Origin: an uncultured Acetobacteraceae bacterium
GTDB lineage: Bacteria > Pseudomonadota > Alphaproteobacteria > Acetobacterales > Acetobacteraceae
Direction: 5' to 3'
NCBI GenBank assembly: GCA_903877125.1
Contig: CAIRCM010000191.1
Coordinates: 11,087-75,086 of the forward strand
DNA: 64,000 bases
The position numbers and the translations under genes are program-made. Of this stretch, positions 1 to 10,844 are shown one piece after another (positions within the stretch are counted from its first letter, which is position 1; each line of letters opens with the position of its first letter). The notes under the pieces are model-generated. The model saw only the letters and a program-made list of their open reading frames with translations. It did no database searches and was not told the DNA's origin.

Positions 1-162
1 CCGTGGCGGCGCTGCCTGGTGTTACAATTCAAGTCGCCGCGGTCTTTGTTTAGGTTGAGCCCAGCTTGAGGCGGGTCAACGGGTGCCGTCTGCGAGCTTC
101 GCTATGTGCATTCCACCAAAAATCCAGCTAAACCGCCCCCCACAAACCAAGCAGGACAAAGG

Positions 163-2034
163 ATGGACCAGCGCTTCGACGTCGTCGTGGTAGGGGGCGG
201 GCACGCCGGCTGCGAAGCCGCGGCAGCGGCCGCGCGCACAGGCGCGCGCACCATCCTGCTCACCCACAAGCTCGAAACCATCGGCGAAATGTCGTGCAAC
301 CCGTCGATCGGTGGCATCGGCAAAGGCCACCTGGTGCGAGAAGTCGACGCCCTCGACGGCCTGATGGGCAAGGCAGCCGACACCGCCGGCATCCACTTCA
401 AACTGCTGAACCGCAGCAAAGGCCCAGCCGTCCGAGGCCCAAGAGCGCAAGCCGACCGGTCGCTCTACCGCCGCGCGATCCGCAGCCTCCTGGACGAAAC
501 CCCCCGCCTGACCATCCGCGCCGCAGCCGTCGAAGACCTCGAAATCGGACCCGACGGGCGCCTCGCCGCCGTCATCACCGCCGACGGCACCCGCATCCGC
601 ACCGCCGCCGCCGTGCTGACCACCGGCACCTTCCTGCGCGGCGTCATCCATGTCGGCGATGTCCAAACGCAAGCTGGGCGCGTCGGCGAAGCCCCCTCGA
701 TCGGACTGGCTCGGACTCTGACAAAACTGGGCTTGCCGATGGGCCGCTTGAAAACCGGCACCCCAGCGCGGCTCGACCGGCGCACCATCGACTGGAACGG
801 TCTGGCCGCCGACCCCGGCGACGCCGAACCCGAACCGTTCAGCACCCTGACCGGACGCCTGCTGAACCGCCAGGTCGAATGCCGTGTCACCGCCACGACC
901 CCCGCCACCCACGCCATCATTCGCGAAAACCTGCACCGTTCGGCCATCCACGCCGGCAACATCACAGGCGTCGGCCCCCGCTATTGCCCATCGATCGAGG
1001 ACAAAGTCGTCCGCTTCGCCGCCCGCCAAAGCCACAACATCTTCCTCGAACCCGAGGGGCTGGACGACAACACCATCTACCCGAACGGCATCTCCACCAG
1101 CCTGCCGGAAGCCGTCCAGCGCGCGATGCTCGCGACCATCCCCGGCCTCGAACACGCCACGATGCTGCGCCCCGCCTACGCCGTGGAATACGACTACGTC
1201 GATCCCCGCGCCCTAACCCCCGGCCTGGAACTGCGATCGCTCCCCGGACTGTTTCTCGCCGGCCAGATCAACGGCACCACGGGCTACGAGGAAGCCTCGG
1301 CCCAAGGACTCTTCGCCGGCATCAACGCCGCCCGCCTCGCCGGCGGCTGCGAACCCGCCCGCCTCGACCGATCGGAAGCCTATATCGGCGTCCTCGTCGA
1401 CGACCTCACCACCCAAGGTGTCGGCGAGCCCTACCGCATGTTCACCTCCCGCGCCGAATTCCGCCTCAGCCTCCGGGCCGACAACGCCGACCTCCGCCTG
1501 ACCGAAAAAGGCATCGCCTGGGGTTGCGTGGGATCCGAGCGCGCCATCGCCTTCAACACCCACCAATACGCCGTCAGCCAGGCCATCGAACGCGCCCGAG
1601 CCGACGGACACCCCGCGGCCGAATGGACCCGGCTGGGCTTCGCCCCTCGCGCCGACGGCCGCTGGCGTTCGGTGCTCGACATGGCCGCGATCGACACCGT
1701 CCCCTGGGACGATCTGGCCGCCGCCGTCCCCTGGCTCGCCGAACTTCCCCCCCGCGCCGCCGCGCAACTCCACGCCGAGGCCCGCTACGCCGGCTACCTC
1801 CAGCGCCAAGACGCCGATATCCGCCGCTTCCGCAAAGAGGAGTCGGTGTCCTTGGATGGCGTCGACTTCACCGAAATCGGCAGCCTGTCCGCCGAGGTGA
1901 CTGACAAGCTCACCCGCTTCCGCCCCGAATCCCTCGGCGCCGCAGCCCGCCTGCAAGGCATGACTCCAACAGCTCTGGCTTCCATCGCCGCCCATGTGCG
2001 CAAAAAACGCCCCGAGGCGGTCGCCGGCACGTGA
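163..2034 (+). CDS. mnmG: tRNA uridine-5-carboxymethylaminomethyl(34) synthesis enzyme MnmG (GidA)
   Basis: FAD-binding [38 protein letters not shown] and [12 protein letters not shown] motifs. Start trimmed to ATG 163 (MDQRFDV). Confidence 0.97.
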   Translation: MDQRFDVVVVGGGHAGCEAAAAAARTGARTILLTHKLETIGEMSCNPSIGGIGKGHLVREVDALDGLMGKAADTAGIHFKLLNRSKGPAVRGPRAQADRSLYRRAIRSLLDETPRLTIRAAAVEDLEIGPDGRLAAVITADGTRIRTAAAVLTTGTFLRGVIHVGDVQTQAGRVGEAPSIGLARTLTKLGLPMGRLKTGTPARLDRRTIDWNGLAADPGDAEPEPFSTLTGRLLNRQVECRVTATTPATHAIIRENLHRSAIHAGNITGVGPRYCPSIEDKVVRFAARQSHNIFLEPEGLDDNTIYPNGISTSLPEAVQRAMLATIPGLEHATMLRPAYAVEYDYVDPRALTPGLELRSLPGLFLAGQINGTTGYEEASAQGLFAGINAARLAGGCEPARLDRSEAYIGVLVDDLTTQGVGEPYRMFTSRAEFRLSLRADNADLRLTEKGIAWGCVGSERAIAFNTHQYAVSQAIERARADGHPAAEWTRLGFAPRADGRWRSVLDMAAIDTVPWDDLAAAVPWLAELPPRAAAQLHAEARYAGYLQRQDADIRRFRKEESVSLDGVDFTEIGSLSAEVTDKLTRFRPESLGAAARLQGMTPTALASIAAHVRKKRPEAVAGT

Positions 2035-4634
2035 TCCCACCTGCCAAATCCCGAGGTGAAGGCGCCACACCGGGCATGGTCCAGTGGTTCGCGTCCAAGG
2101 AACAACACCCGGACGCCCTGCTGTTCTTCCGCATGGGCGATTTCTACGAGCTGTTCTTCGAAGACGCCGAAGCCGCCTCGGCCGCCCTCGACATCGCTTT
2201 GACCCACCGCGGCGAACACGCCGGCCAACCCATCCCCATGTGCGGCGTCCCCGTCCACGCCGCCGAATCCTACCTCGCCCGCTTGATCCGCCGCGGCTTC
2301 CGTGTCGCCGTCGTCGAGCAGATGGAAGACCCGAAAACCCGCACCACAAAAGGCCCAATCCGCCGCGAAGTCGTCCGCCTCGTCACGCCCGGCACTCTAA
2401 CCGAGGACTCCCTGCTCGAAGCCGGCCGCCCCAATCTGCTGCTCGCACTCGCCCGAGACCGCGAAAGCCTGGGCGCCGCTTGGCTGGACGTCTCCACCGG
2501 CCTCTTCGAAACCGCCGCCGTAACCGACCTCCTGGCCCTCCTCGGCCGCCTCGAACCGGCCGAAATCCTCGCCCCCGCCGACCTCCCGCTCGCCGACTGG
2601 GACCCTCGCCGAGGGCCCGAACATCCGCCCTCACCCCCCACCATCGCCCGCCGCCGGCTGGCCGAGGCTTTCGGCGCCGCCAGCCTCGATGCCTTCGGAA
2701 CTTTTACGGATGGGGAGGCCGTCGCCGCCGCCCTGGCCGTCGATTACGTGCGGACCACGCAGGTCGGCAACCTGCCGCGCCTCAGCCATCCCGAACCGCA
2801 AGGGCTGACTGGCGTCATGGTGATGGATGCCGCCACCCGCGCCAGTTTGGAAATTCAACGATCCCGCGACGGTGGGACCCAGCACACCATTCTGGCATCG
2901 GTCCAAAAAACCCTGACCCCAGCCGGCGCGCGCCTTCTGGCGAGCTGGCTATCCGCCCCGCTGACCGATCCCGCCGGGATCACCGAGCGCCAGGACGCCT
3001 GGTCCTGGCTGCTGGCCAACCCAGATGCGGCCACCCACCTGCGAACGGCCCTGCGCGCCACCCCCGATATCGCCCGAGCGCTGGCGCGGTTGTCACTGAA
3101 CCGGGGCGGGCCAAGGGATCTGGCGGCGTTACGGGATGGCCTCAAGGCCGCCACCAACGCTCATGCCGCACTCCAAGGCCCACTGCCTCAGGCGCTCGAA
3201 ACCGCCCGAGCCGCGCTGCCGATCGGCCTGCCCCTCGCGGATCAACTGAACGCCGCACTCGCCGACCCGCCCCCGCACCGGCTCGACGATGGCGGCGCCA
3301 TCCAGCCCGGCTACGACGGTGAGCTCGACGCGCACCGCGCCCTCCGCGACGACTCCCGCCGGGTGCTGACAACGATGCAACTCGACTACGCCCAGCGCTT
3401 CGGCGTCGCCGCCCTCAAAATCAAACACCACGCCCAGCTCGGCTATATCATCGAGGCGCCGGCCGCATCGGTCGAAAAACTGCGCGCCTTCCCCGAACTG
3501 ACTCTGCGGCAGGGCATGGCCAACGGCGCCCGCTTCACCGAACCCGCGTTGTCCGATCTGGATCGTCGCATTTCCGAGGCCGGGGAGCGCGCCGCCGCCC
3601 GCGAACGTCTGGTGTTCGGCCATCTCGTCCGCGCCGCGCTGGAACAGGGCAACGCGCTGGCCGACGGCGCTGACGCCCTGGCGTTTCTCGACGCCGCCCA
3701 GTCCGCCGCCCGCCTCGCCGAACCCGGTACCTGGTGCCGCCCCGTCGTCACCGATACCGATGAATTTCAGGTCCGCGCTGGCCGCCATCCAGTGGTGGAG
3801 GCGGCGCTGGCCGGCAAAGCCGCCTTCGTTCCCAACCGCTGCGACCTGTCACCGGATCGCCGGGTCCTGCTTCTGACCGGCCCAAACATGGCCGGTAAAT
3901 CCACCTTCCTGCGCCAAAACGCGCTGATCGCGGTGCTGGCGCAGGCGGGCCTGCCGGTCCCCGCCGAATCCGCCCGCCTGGGCGCGGTCGACCGCCTGTT
4001 CAGCCGGGTCGGCGCGGCCGACGATCTCGCCCGCGGCCGATCCACTTTCATGGTCGAAATGACCGAAACCGCCGCCATCCTCCACCAGGCCGGCCCCCGG
4101 TCCCTGGTCGTGGTGGATGAGATCGGGCGCGGCACCGCCACGCTCGACGGTCTTGCCATCGCCTGGGCGGTGCTCGAAGCCCTGCATTCCACGATCCGCT
4201 GCCGAACCATCTTCGCCACCCACTTCCATGAACTCGCCGGTCTGGCCGAACGCCTGCCCCGGCTCCGCCCGCACACGATGCGGGTGAAGGAATGGAAAGG
4301 CACCGTCGTCTTCCTGCATGAGGTCGCCGAAGGCGCGGCCGGTCGTTCGTGGGGCGTGCATGTCGCCGAACTCGCGGGCGTGCCGGCCCCGGTGGTGCGC
4401 CGTGCGGCGACGCTGCTGACCGCGCTGGAAAAACACGGCGGGCCGCTTGGTGCCGGCGCACCCCTCGGCGATTTGCCCCTGTTCGCCGCGACCGAAAAGC
4501 CCGCCGCCGCCGCGCCGGACGCATTCACAACGGCATTTCTGGCGATCGACCCCGACCAAATGACACCAAAAGATGCTTTAGACGCGCTTTACCGCCTGAA
4601 GGCCTTGTTCCCTATTCCCGAGGCCGCCGGGTGA
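2031..4634 (+). CDS. mutS: DNA mismatch repair protein MutS
   Basis: N-terminal [11 protein letters not shown], Walker [29 protein letters not shown] and [11 protein letters not shown] start overlaps the mnmG stop (GTGA). Confidence 0.97.
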   Translation: MIPPAKSRGEGATPGMVQWFASKEQHPDALLFFRMGDFYELFFEDAEAASAALDIALTHRGEHAGQPIPMCGVPVHAAESYLARLIRRGFRVAVVEQMEDPKTRTTKGPIRREVVRLVTPGTLTEDSLLEAGRPNLLLALARDRESLGAAWLDVSTGLFETAAVTDLLALLGRLEPAEILAPADLPLADWDPRRGPEHPPSPPTIARRRLAEAFGAASLDAFGTFTDGEAVAAALAVDYVRTTQVGNLPRLSHPEPQGLTGVMVMDAATRASLEIQRSRDGGTQHTILASVQKTLTPAGARLLASWLSAPLTDPAGITERQDAWSWLLANPDAATHLRTALRATPDIARALARLSLNRGGPRDLAALRDGLKAATNAHAALQGPLPQALETARAALPIGLPLADQLNAALADPPPHRLDDGGAIQPGYDGELDAHRALRDDSRRVLTTMQLDYAQRFGVAALKIKHHAQLGYIIEAPAASVEKLRAFPELTLRQGMANGARFTEPALSDLDRRISEAGERAAARERLVFGHLVRAALEQGNALADGADALAFLDAAQSAARLAEPGTWCRPVVTDTDEFQVRAGRHPVVEAALAGKAAFVPNRCDLSPDRRVLLLTGPNMAGKSTFLRQNALIAVLAQAGLPVPAESARLGAVDRLFSRVGAADDLARGRSTFMVEMTETAAILHQAGPRSLVVVDEIGRGTATLDGLAIAWAVLEALHSTIRCRTIFATHFHELAGLAERLPRLRPHTMRVKEWKGTVVFLHEVAEGAAGRSWGVHVAELAGVPAPVVRRAATLLTALEKHGGPLGAGAPLGDLPLFAATEKPAAAAPDAFTTAFLAIDPDQMTPKDALDALYRLKALFPIPEAAG

Positions 4635-4650
4635 TACTACGGTTTCAAAC

Positions 4651-7455
4651 ATGTTGACTCCGATCGCCGTTCCCGCCGCCCCCGAGGTGGCCCCCGCCGT
4701 GCTGTCCCAGGCCCTCGCGAACCTGGCCACCGAAGGACGAGGCACTATTCAGCGCGACGATGCCGTCGGCGCGTTTCGCCGCCATCTCGCCCGCATCCAG
4801 GCCTATGTGCGGGACGCGTTCGAGCAGGATCAACTCACGGGATTGCAGGCCGCGCGCCTGCTGGCCGGGCTGATCGATGGGGTGATCGACGTTCTCTACA
4901 ACCATGCCACCAATGAGCTCGGCTTCAACGAGCCCGCCAATCTCAGCATCGGGGCAACCGGCGGATACGGACGCGGCGTGCTCGCGCCGTTCAGCGACAT
5001 CGATCTGCTGTTCCTCACCGCCGAGGACCCATCGAGCCAATCGCTGCGCGTCGTCGAATATATGCTGTATTTCCTGTGGGACCTCGGCTTGAAGGTCGGC
5101 CACGCCACCCGCTCGATCGAGGACTGCCTGGTGGAGGGTGCGAAGGACACCACGATCCGCACCGCACTGCTCGATGCCCGCCATGTCACCGGCAACGCAC
5201 CGCTGTTCGCATCGTTTCATCGCCGATTTCGCGCCGCCTGCAAAGCCGCTGGTGCGACCGACTATATTCTGGCCAAACAGGCGGAACGCCATGCGCGTCA
5301 TCGCAAATTCGGCGAGAGCGCCTACATGGTCGAGCCCAATATCAAGGAGGGCCGTGGCGGCCTGCGGGACATCCAAACCCTTTATTGGATCTCCCGCTAC
5401 GTGTTCGACACCCAGACCATGGGTGCCCTCGCCGATGTCGGCGGCGTTCTGACCCACGCCGAGGCGCGACATGGTCGCCGCGCCTGGGAATTCCTCTGGA
5501 CCGTCCGTTTTCACCTGCATTACGTCGCCGGCCGGGCGGAAGAACGACTGACATTCGATGTGCAGCCGGTGGTCGGCGCGCGCATGGGCTACCAGCGCCA
5601 CGGAAGACAGGATGGCGTCGAGCGCTTCATGCGCCACTACTTCCTCAATGCGCGCGAAATCGCCCGCCTCACCCGCATCATGGAACCCGCCATCCTGCGT
5701 GCCGCGCTCGGCCCGCCGGCGATCGAGGCCGAGACCGATAAAGCCCTGCTCGCATCGGGGTTCGTGCTGGCCGAGGGCAAGCTCATGCCCGTCGGCGGGC
5801 GCGATTTCGATACGGAGCCATTGCAGATGCTGCGCATCCTGCGGGTGGCGCGCGATCGCAATCTCGAACTGCACCCGCTGGCCATCCGGTCGTTGATTCA
5901 GAATGAACGCCGCGCGATCGCCCTGCGGGATGATCCTCTGGCGGCGGACGCGTTCATGGACCTGCTGTGCGGCCGCCAGCCGGCGGTGCGCGGCCAGGCA
6001 GGGCATCCGGACGGCGCGCGCTGGCTGAACGTGCTCAACGAAACCGGCTTCATCGGTCGGTTCCTGCCCGACTGGGCGCGGATCGTCGGCCAAATGCAGT
6101 TCGATACCTACCATATCTTCACCGTCGATGAGCACACGATCGAGGCGGTGAAGGTTCTGAACAGCCTCGAACGCGGTGAAATGGCGGAAATCGCCCCGGT
6201 AGCCTCAAGCCTTGTCGACCAGCTGCACTCCCGCCGGGCGCTCTATCTGGCCATGCTGCTGCACGACATCTGCAAGGGACGCGGCGGCGATCACTCGGAA
6301 CTCGGCGCGGAAGTCGCGCTCTATATCGGACCGGCACTCGGACTGTCCGCCGAGGAAACCGAAACCGTCTCCTGGCTCGTGCTCCATCATCTGCTGCTGA
6401 GCACCACCGCGTTCAAGCGCGACATCGACGATCCTAAAACGATCCTCGACCTGGCGGAGACCATCCAATCGCCGGAACGGCTGCGGCTGCTGCTGGTGCT
6501 GACGGTCGCGGACATGCGGGCCGTGTCGGCCAAGGTCTGGAACGGCTGGAAGGCGACTCTGCTGCGCGAGCTGTATTCCAGGGTCGCGGAAGTTCTGGCG
6601 GGCGGTTTGGCTACCACCGAACGGGATGTGCGCGTGCAACGTGCCAAACAGGCCGCCGCGGCCCTGCTGCTGGGGTGGGATGAAGCAGACATCGCGCAAT
6701 TCTGGGACCTCGGCTATCCCAGCTATTGGCTGTCATTCGATCCCGAAAGCCATGCAAGGCATGCGAGCCTGCTCCGGGACGCGGAAAAACGCCACGCACC
6801 GTTAACCGTCGATACCCAACCGCTGCCCGCCCGTTCGGTGACCGAAGTCACGGTCTATTGCGCCGACCACGCGGGGCTGTTCAGCCGGATTTCCGGTGCC
6901 CTCGCCGTGGCCGGTGCGTCGATCGTCGACGCACGTATCCACACGATGACCAACGGCATGGCGCTGGACACATTTTGGATCCAGGACGCTTCCGGTGGGG
7001 CCTTCGATGCACCGCACCGTCTCGCCCGGCTGTCGGCCCTGATCGAGCAGGCACTGTCCGGCCGACTGCGCCTGAACACCGAAATCAAGAAAATGTCGAA
7101 AATGGTGCTGGGCCGTCGCATGCAGGCGATCCACGCCCCACCCCGCGTGGTGATCGACAACAAGGCGTCGAATACCCACACGGTGCTGGAGGTCAATGGC
7201 CGCGACCGACCGGGTCTGCTGCACGACGTGACCGCGGCGATCAGCGAGCAAGGGCTGCAGATCGCTTCGGCCCACGTCACCACCTACGGCGTGCGCGCGG
7301 TGGACGTCTTCTATGTGAAGGATGTCTTCGGCCTGAAGATCGAGAACGAGCGCAAACTCACCCAGTTGCGGGAAGCATTGCTGAAGGCGCTGGCGAACCC
7401 GGACGAAGTTGCCGTGCCAACGCCATCGCCGAAGCGCCGGCGGGTCGCGGCTTAA
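4651..7455 (+). CDS. glnD: [Protein-PII] uridylyltransferase/uridylyl-removing enzyme
   Basis: NTase ATGGYGRG..APFSDIDLLFL, EPNIKEGRGGLRD, HD domain (LLHDICKG) and two C-terminal ACT domains (DHAGLFSRI, DRPGLLHDV). Confidence 0.96.
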   Translation: MLTPIAVPAAPEVAPAVLSQALANLATEGRGTIQRDDAVGAFRRHLARIQAYVRDAFEQDQLTGLQAARLLAGLIDGVIDVLYNHATNELGFNEPANLSIGATGGYGRGVLAPFSDIDLLFLTAEDPSSQSLRVVEYMLYFLWDLGLKVGHATRSIEDCLVEGAKDTTIRTALLDARHVTGNAPLFASFHRRFRAACKAAGATDYILAKQAERHARHRKFGESAYMVEPNIKEGRGGLRDIQTLYWISRYVFDTQTMGALADVGGVLTHAEARHGRRAWEFLWTVRFHLHYVAGRAEERLTFDVQPVVGARMGYQRHGRQDGVERFMRHYFLNAREIARLTRIMEPAILRAALGPPAIEAETDKALLASGFVLAEGKLMPVGGRDFDTEPLQMLRILRVARDRNLELHPLAIRSLIQNERRAIALRDDPLAADAFMDLLCGRQPAVRGQAGHPDGARWLNVLNETGFIGRFLPDWARIVGQMQFDTYHIFTVDEHTIEAVKVLNSLERGEMAEIAPVASSLVDQLHSRRALYLAMLLHDICKGRGGDHSELGAEVALYIGPALGLSAEETETVSWLVLHHLLLSTTAFKRDIDDPKTILDLAETIQSPERLRLLLVLTVADMRAVSAKVWNGWKATLLRELYSRVAEVLAGGLATTERDVRVQRAKQAAAALLLGWDEADIAQFWDLGYPSYWLSFDPESHARHASLLRDAEKRHAPLTVDTQPLPARSVTEVTVYCADHAGLFSRISGALAVAGASIVDARIHTMTNGMALDTFWIQDASGGAFDAPHRLARLSALIEQALSGRLRLNTEIKKMSKMVLGRRMQAIHAPPRVVIDNKASNTHTVLEVNGRDRPGLLHDVTAAISEQGLQIASAHVTTYGVRAVDVFYVKDVFGLKIENERKLTQLREALLKALANPDEVAVPTPSPKRRRVAA

Positions 7456-7462
7456 CGCGCGG

Positions 7463-7984
7463 TCAGGGCGCCGCGGGCGCGCAGTTCGGGTCGGTCGTGA
7501 GTTGGTTGCCCACGGTTACCGCGGCGTTCACGGCTTCCGTCAGGCCGGAAGCAGGGACGGCTTCGGCGGCGGCGATTTTTGCGACGGTATCAGCCACACA
7601 CGCAACCGCATGAGCTTCGGCAGCTTGGTGAGCCGCGGTCTGCCCTGAGCAAGCCGCCAGCGACAGGCCGAGTGCCGCGAGAATCGCGATGCCGGCAGCG
7701 GTTTTACCCGGGTCGGGCGGGACCGGCGCATTGGCGGTCGTTGCCACCGCGTTATCCCGATAAGCCGCGTAAACTTTCTCCAGGTCGGTGGCCGCGGTCT
7801 TGGCGGCATCCTGAAGCTGGGCATTTTCCGGCCACAGCAGGCCAATCGCACTGGCGATCAGCAGCGGGATGGCGTTCGTCCAGGACATTGTTCCTGACAG
7901 GACCGCCATCACTGTCGGTGCGAGCACCATGAAACCGTGACCGGTCGTCACCTGACCGATCCAGGTGTTGTTCGAATTGCTCAA
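7463..7984 (-). CDS. Hypothetical membrane protein with two N-terminal hydrophobic segments and an internal lipobox-like motif
   Basis: 173-aa ORF with TTG start and GGAG 8 nt upstream. Hydrophobic segments FMVLAPTVMAVLSG and AIPLLIASAIGLLW; internal LAALGLSLAAC. Confidence 0.7.
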   Translation of the reverse strand: MSNSNNTWIGQVTTGHGFMVLAPTVMAVLSGTMSWTNAIPLLIASAIGLLWPENAQLQDAAKTAATDLEKVYAAYRDNAVATTANAPVPPDPGKTAAGIAILAALGLSLAACSGQTAAHQAAEAHAVACVADTVAKIAAAEAVPASGLTEAVNAAVTVGNQLTTDPNCAPAAP

Positions 7985-8025
7985 GATATTTACTCCAATA
8001 TGGGTGCAAGTAAGCCGGCGGGCAC

Positions 8026-8057
8026 AAAAAAAGCGCCGGGACCGTTGGTCCAGGCGC
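8026..8057 (-). terminator. Intrinsic terminator-like hairpin (minus strand)
   Basis: Minus strand reads GCGCCTGGACC-AAC-GGTCCCGGCGC followed by T7: an 11-bp stem with one mismatch. Confidence 0.7.
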
Positions 8058-8079
8058 GCGTGTCCCGTTGATAGAGGAA

Positions 8080-8107
8080 AAATTGCTCAGAACAAATTTC
8101 GCGTCAA
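8080..8107 (-). promoter_or_regulatory. Possible sigma70-type promoter
   Basis: Minus strand TTGACG-N16-CAATTT in an AT-rich patch just after the stop of the 8120 gene. The -10 element is degenerate. Confidence 0.35.
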
Positions 8108-8119
8108 GCAGAATTTCCG

Positions 8120-9061
8120 TCAGGCCGCGAGAAAACACTCCGTTACCCGACCATCGCGCGGCTCGGTCGGCGGCGTGTCCGACCGGCAACGATCGATCGC
8201 CATCGGACAACGTGGGTGAAAACGGCAACCCGCCGGCACGTTCGACGGATCCGGATAGCTCTCGCCCAGCCCGACATCTGGGATCGGAACGCCCGGCTCC
8301 GGCGTCAGCACCGATGCCAACAAAGCCCGGGTGTAGGGATGCCGCGGTGTCGCGAACAGCGGCGCGGCCGGTCCATGTTCGACGAACCGGCCAAGATACA
8401 TCACCGCGACCTCGGTTGCGACGTGCTCCACGACCGCAAGGTTGTGGCTGATGAAGATGTAGGTCAGACCCAGGTCTTTTCGCAGGTCGGCGAGCAGGTT
8501 CAGGATTTGCGCCTGCACAGACACGTCCAGCGCGCTCGTCGGCTCATCGCACACCACGATCCTTGGACGCAGCACGAGCGCCCGAGCGATCGCGACCCGC
8601 TGGCGCTGCCCGCCGGACAGTTGGGCGGGAAAGCGATCGGCCATGGCATCCGACAGGCCGACACGGGCCAGCATATCCATCACCGCGTCCCGCTGTTTCG
8701 CGGCCGATAGCGCCCCTTGCGCGGCCAACGGCAAACCCACGATCTCGCGCACCCGCTGGCGGGGATTCAGCGACGAAAACGGATCTTGGAATACGGGCTG
8801 GATCAGCCGCGCACGTTCCCGCCGGTCGAGCGTGATCAGGCTTTGCCCCTCGATCAGGACTTCTCCCGCGCTGGGCGGCATCAGCCCGAGGATCAGCCGG
8901 CCGAGCGTGGATTTACCGCAGCCGGACTCGCCGACGATGCCCAAAACATCGCCACTTTCCAACGAAAACGACAGACCGTCGACCGCCCTGACGACGCGGC
9001 GTTCGGAAAACAGGCCCGATCGGCTCTCGAAATGGCGAAAGACGTTTTTGACCTCGATCAT
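8120..9061 (-). CDS. Oligopeptide/dipeptide ABC transporter ATP-binding subunit (DppF/OppF-like)
   Basis: [28 protein letters not shown] and C-terminal GCRFHPRCP. Start trimmed to MIEVKNV. Confidence 0.92.
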   Translation of the reverse strand: MIEVKNVFRHFESRSGLFSERRVVRAVDGLSFSLESGDVLGIVGESGCGKSTLGRLILGLMPPSAGEVLIEGQSLITLDRRERARLIQPVFQDPFSSLNPRQRVREIVGLPLAAQGALSAAKQRDAVMDMLARVGLSDAMADRFPAQLSGGQRQRVAIARALVLRPRIVVCDEPTSALDVSVQAQILNLLADLRKDLGLTYIFISHNLAVVEHVATEVAVMYLGRFVEHGPAAPLFATPRHPYTRALLASVLTPEPGVPIPDVGLGESYPDPSNVPAGCRFHPRCPMAIDRCRSDTPPTEPRDGRVTECFLAA

Positions 9062-10017
9062 GCCCCGGACCTCGTGCAGATCGTCTCGTGATCGGGTGAC
9101 AGGCGGTTCCGGGGGATTTCGCCCTTGCAGGCCGGCGCGGCATACGCGCAACGGTCCCGGAAGGCGCACCCCACGTAGCCCTCGCCGATGCGCGGTACGA
9201 CGCCGGGGATGCTGCCGAGCGGCTCGCCTGGCGCGGTCTTGCCGGGAATGGGCACGCAGTCGAGCAGGCCGCGCGTGTAAGGATGTGCCGGTGCGGCGAA
9301 CAGCGCCTTGGCGTCGGCGCTTTCCACCACCTGGCCGGCATACATGACCGACACACGCTGCGCCATGCGGGCGACCACACCCAGATCGTGGGTGATCAGC
9401 AACAATGCCAATCCCAGCTGCTGCTGCAACGATTTGAGCAGGCGGAGTATCTGCGCCTGCACCGTAACATCGAGTGCGGTTGTCGGCTCGTCCGCGATCA
9501 GCAGTTCGGGGTCGCACATCAGCGCCATGGCGATCATCACCCGCTGACGCAAACCGCCGGAAAGCTGGTGTGGATATTGTCCAAGCCGCATACCCGGCGC
9601 GGTGATCCCGACCTTGCCCAAAAGCTCCGCCGCCCGATCCAAGCCCTTGGCGCGAGAAACATGCCGGTGCCGTTCCAGCACCTCCGCCATCTGGGACCCG
9701 ATCGTGTATGCCGGATTCAGGCTGGTCATCGGTTCCTGAAAAATCATCGCCATTTTGTCGCCGCGCAGGCGCGCGATGTGCCGGTCGGCCATCCGCGTCA
9801 GATCATGGTCGTGAAACCGCATGACATCGGCGGAACGACGAGCGCCGCGGGGCAAAAGATTCATCACCGACAGCGCGGTCACCGATTTGCCGCAACCCGA
9901 TTCCCCCACGACGCAGTGCGTTTCTCCAGGCATCACCTGCAACGAAACGCCACGTACGGCGGCGGTACCGTCCGGGAACCCCACGTTCAGATTGGTGATT
10001 TCCAGCACCGGTCTCAT
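9058..10017 (-). CDS. Oligopeptide/dipeptide ABC transporter ATP-binding subunit (DppD/OppD-like)
   Basis: [32 protein letters not shown] and C-terminal GCAFRDRC. Start trimmed to MRPVLEI. Confidence 0.92.
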   Translation of the reverse strand: MRPVLEITNLNVGFPDGTAAVRGVSLQVMPGETHCVVGESGCGKSVTALSVMNLLPRGARRSADVMRFHDHDLTRMADRHIARLRGDKMAMIFQEPMTSLNPAYTIGSQMAEVLERHRHVSRAKGLDRAAELLGKVGITAPGMRLGQYPHQLSGGLRQRVMIAMALMCDPELLIADEPTTALDVTVQAQILRLLKSLQQQLGLALLLITHDLGVVARMAQRVSVMYAGQVVESADAKALFAAPAHPYTRGLLDCVPIPGKTAPGEPLGSIPGVVPRIGEGYVGCAFRDRCAYAAPACKGEIPRNRLSPDHETICTRSGA

Positions 10018-10844
10018 CGCCGTGCCGATACGCCGAGAAGATCGCGCATACCGTCGCCCAGGAGGTTGATGCCGAAGACGAGGATAAAAAGAGCGATGCC
10101 CGGAACCATGATCACCCACGGACTGAAGAACATGTAGTCCTTCCCTTCGGCAATCATGAGTCCCCAGGACGGCAGCGGCGGCGGCACGCCGAGGCCGAGG
10201 AAGGACAGTGCCGCCTCCAGCAAAATCGCCAGTGCCATTTCCAAGGTGGCGACGACGATCAGATGGGTCAGGATATTGGGCAGGATTTCCCGTATCAGAA
10301 TATGCGCTGTGGACGCCCCCGCGGCTCGCGCGGCCGCGACATAGTCGAGATTCCGGATCTGCATCGTCGTCGTCCGCGCGACGACAGCGAACCGCTCCCA
10401 CAGCAGAAGCCCAAGCGTCAGCACGACAACCGTCAGCGAACTGCCGATCAGTGCGACCACGGTCAGCGCCACCAGAATCAGTGGGATCGCCGGACGGCAG
10501 GTGATCGCGAACATCACGGCATCGTCGGTCCGCCCGCCGAAATAACCGCCGACGACACCAAGCGTGGTCCCGATCAGACCCGACGTCACGACCGTCAGCG
10601 TGCCGATCAGCAACGAAATCCGGGCACCGAAGATCAACCGGGACAGATAATCGCGCCCGAGCTGGTCGGTGCCGAACAGGTGGTCCGGCGTGCCGCCATC
10701 CATCCAGCGCGGCGGGATCATCCGTTGCGACAGGTCCTGCGCGAACGGGTCATGCGGTGCCAGCAGATCGGCACCCAGCGCGATCGCCAGCACACCGCCG
10801 ACAATCAGCAGCCCCAGGCTGGTGGATATCGAACGAGGGTTCAT
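10014..10844 (-). CDS. Peptide ABC transporter permease (DppC/OppC-like)
   Basis: HLFGTDQLGRDYLSRLIFGARISL, EAA loop YVAAARAAGA and LSFLGLGVPPP. Start trimmed to MNPRSIS. Confidence 0.92.
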   Translation of the reverse strand: MNPRSISTSLGLLIVGGVLAIALGADLLAPHDPFAQDLSQRMIPPRWMDGGTPDHLFGTDQLGRDYLSRLIFGARISLLIGTLTVVTSGLIGTTLGVVGGYFGGRTDDAVMFAITCRPAIPLILVALTVVALIGSSLTVVVLTLGLLLWERFAVVARTTTMQIRNLDYVAAARAAGASTAHILIREILPNILTHLIVVATLEMALAILLEAALSFLGLGVPPPLPSWGLMIAEGKDYMFFSPWVIMVPGIALFILVFGINLLGDGMRDLLGVSARR

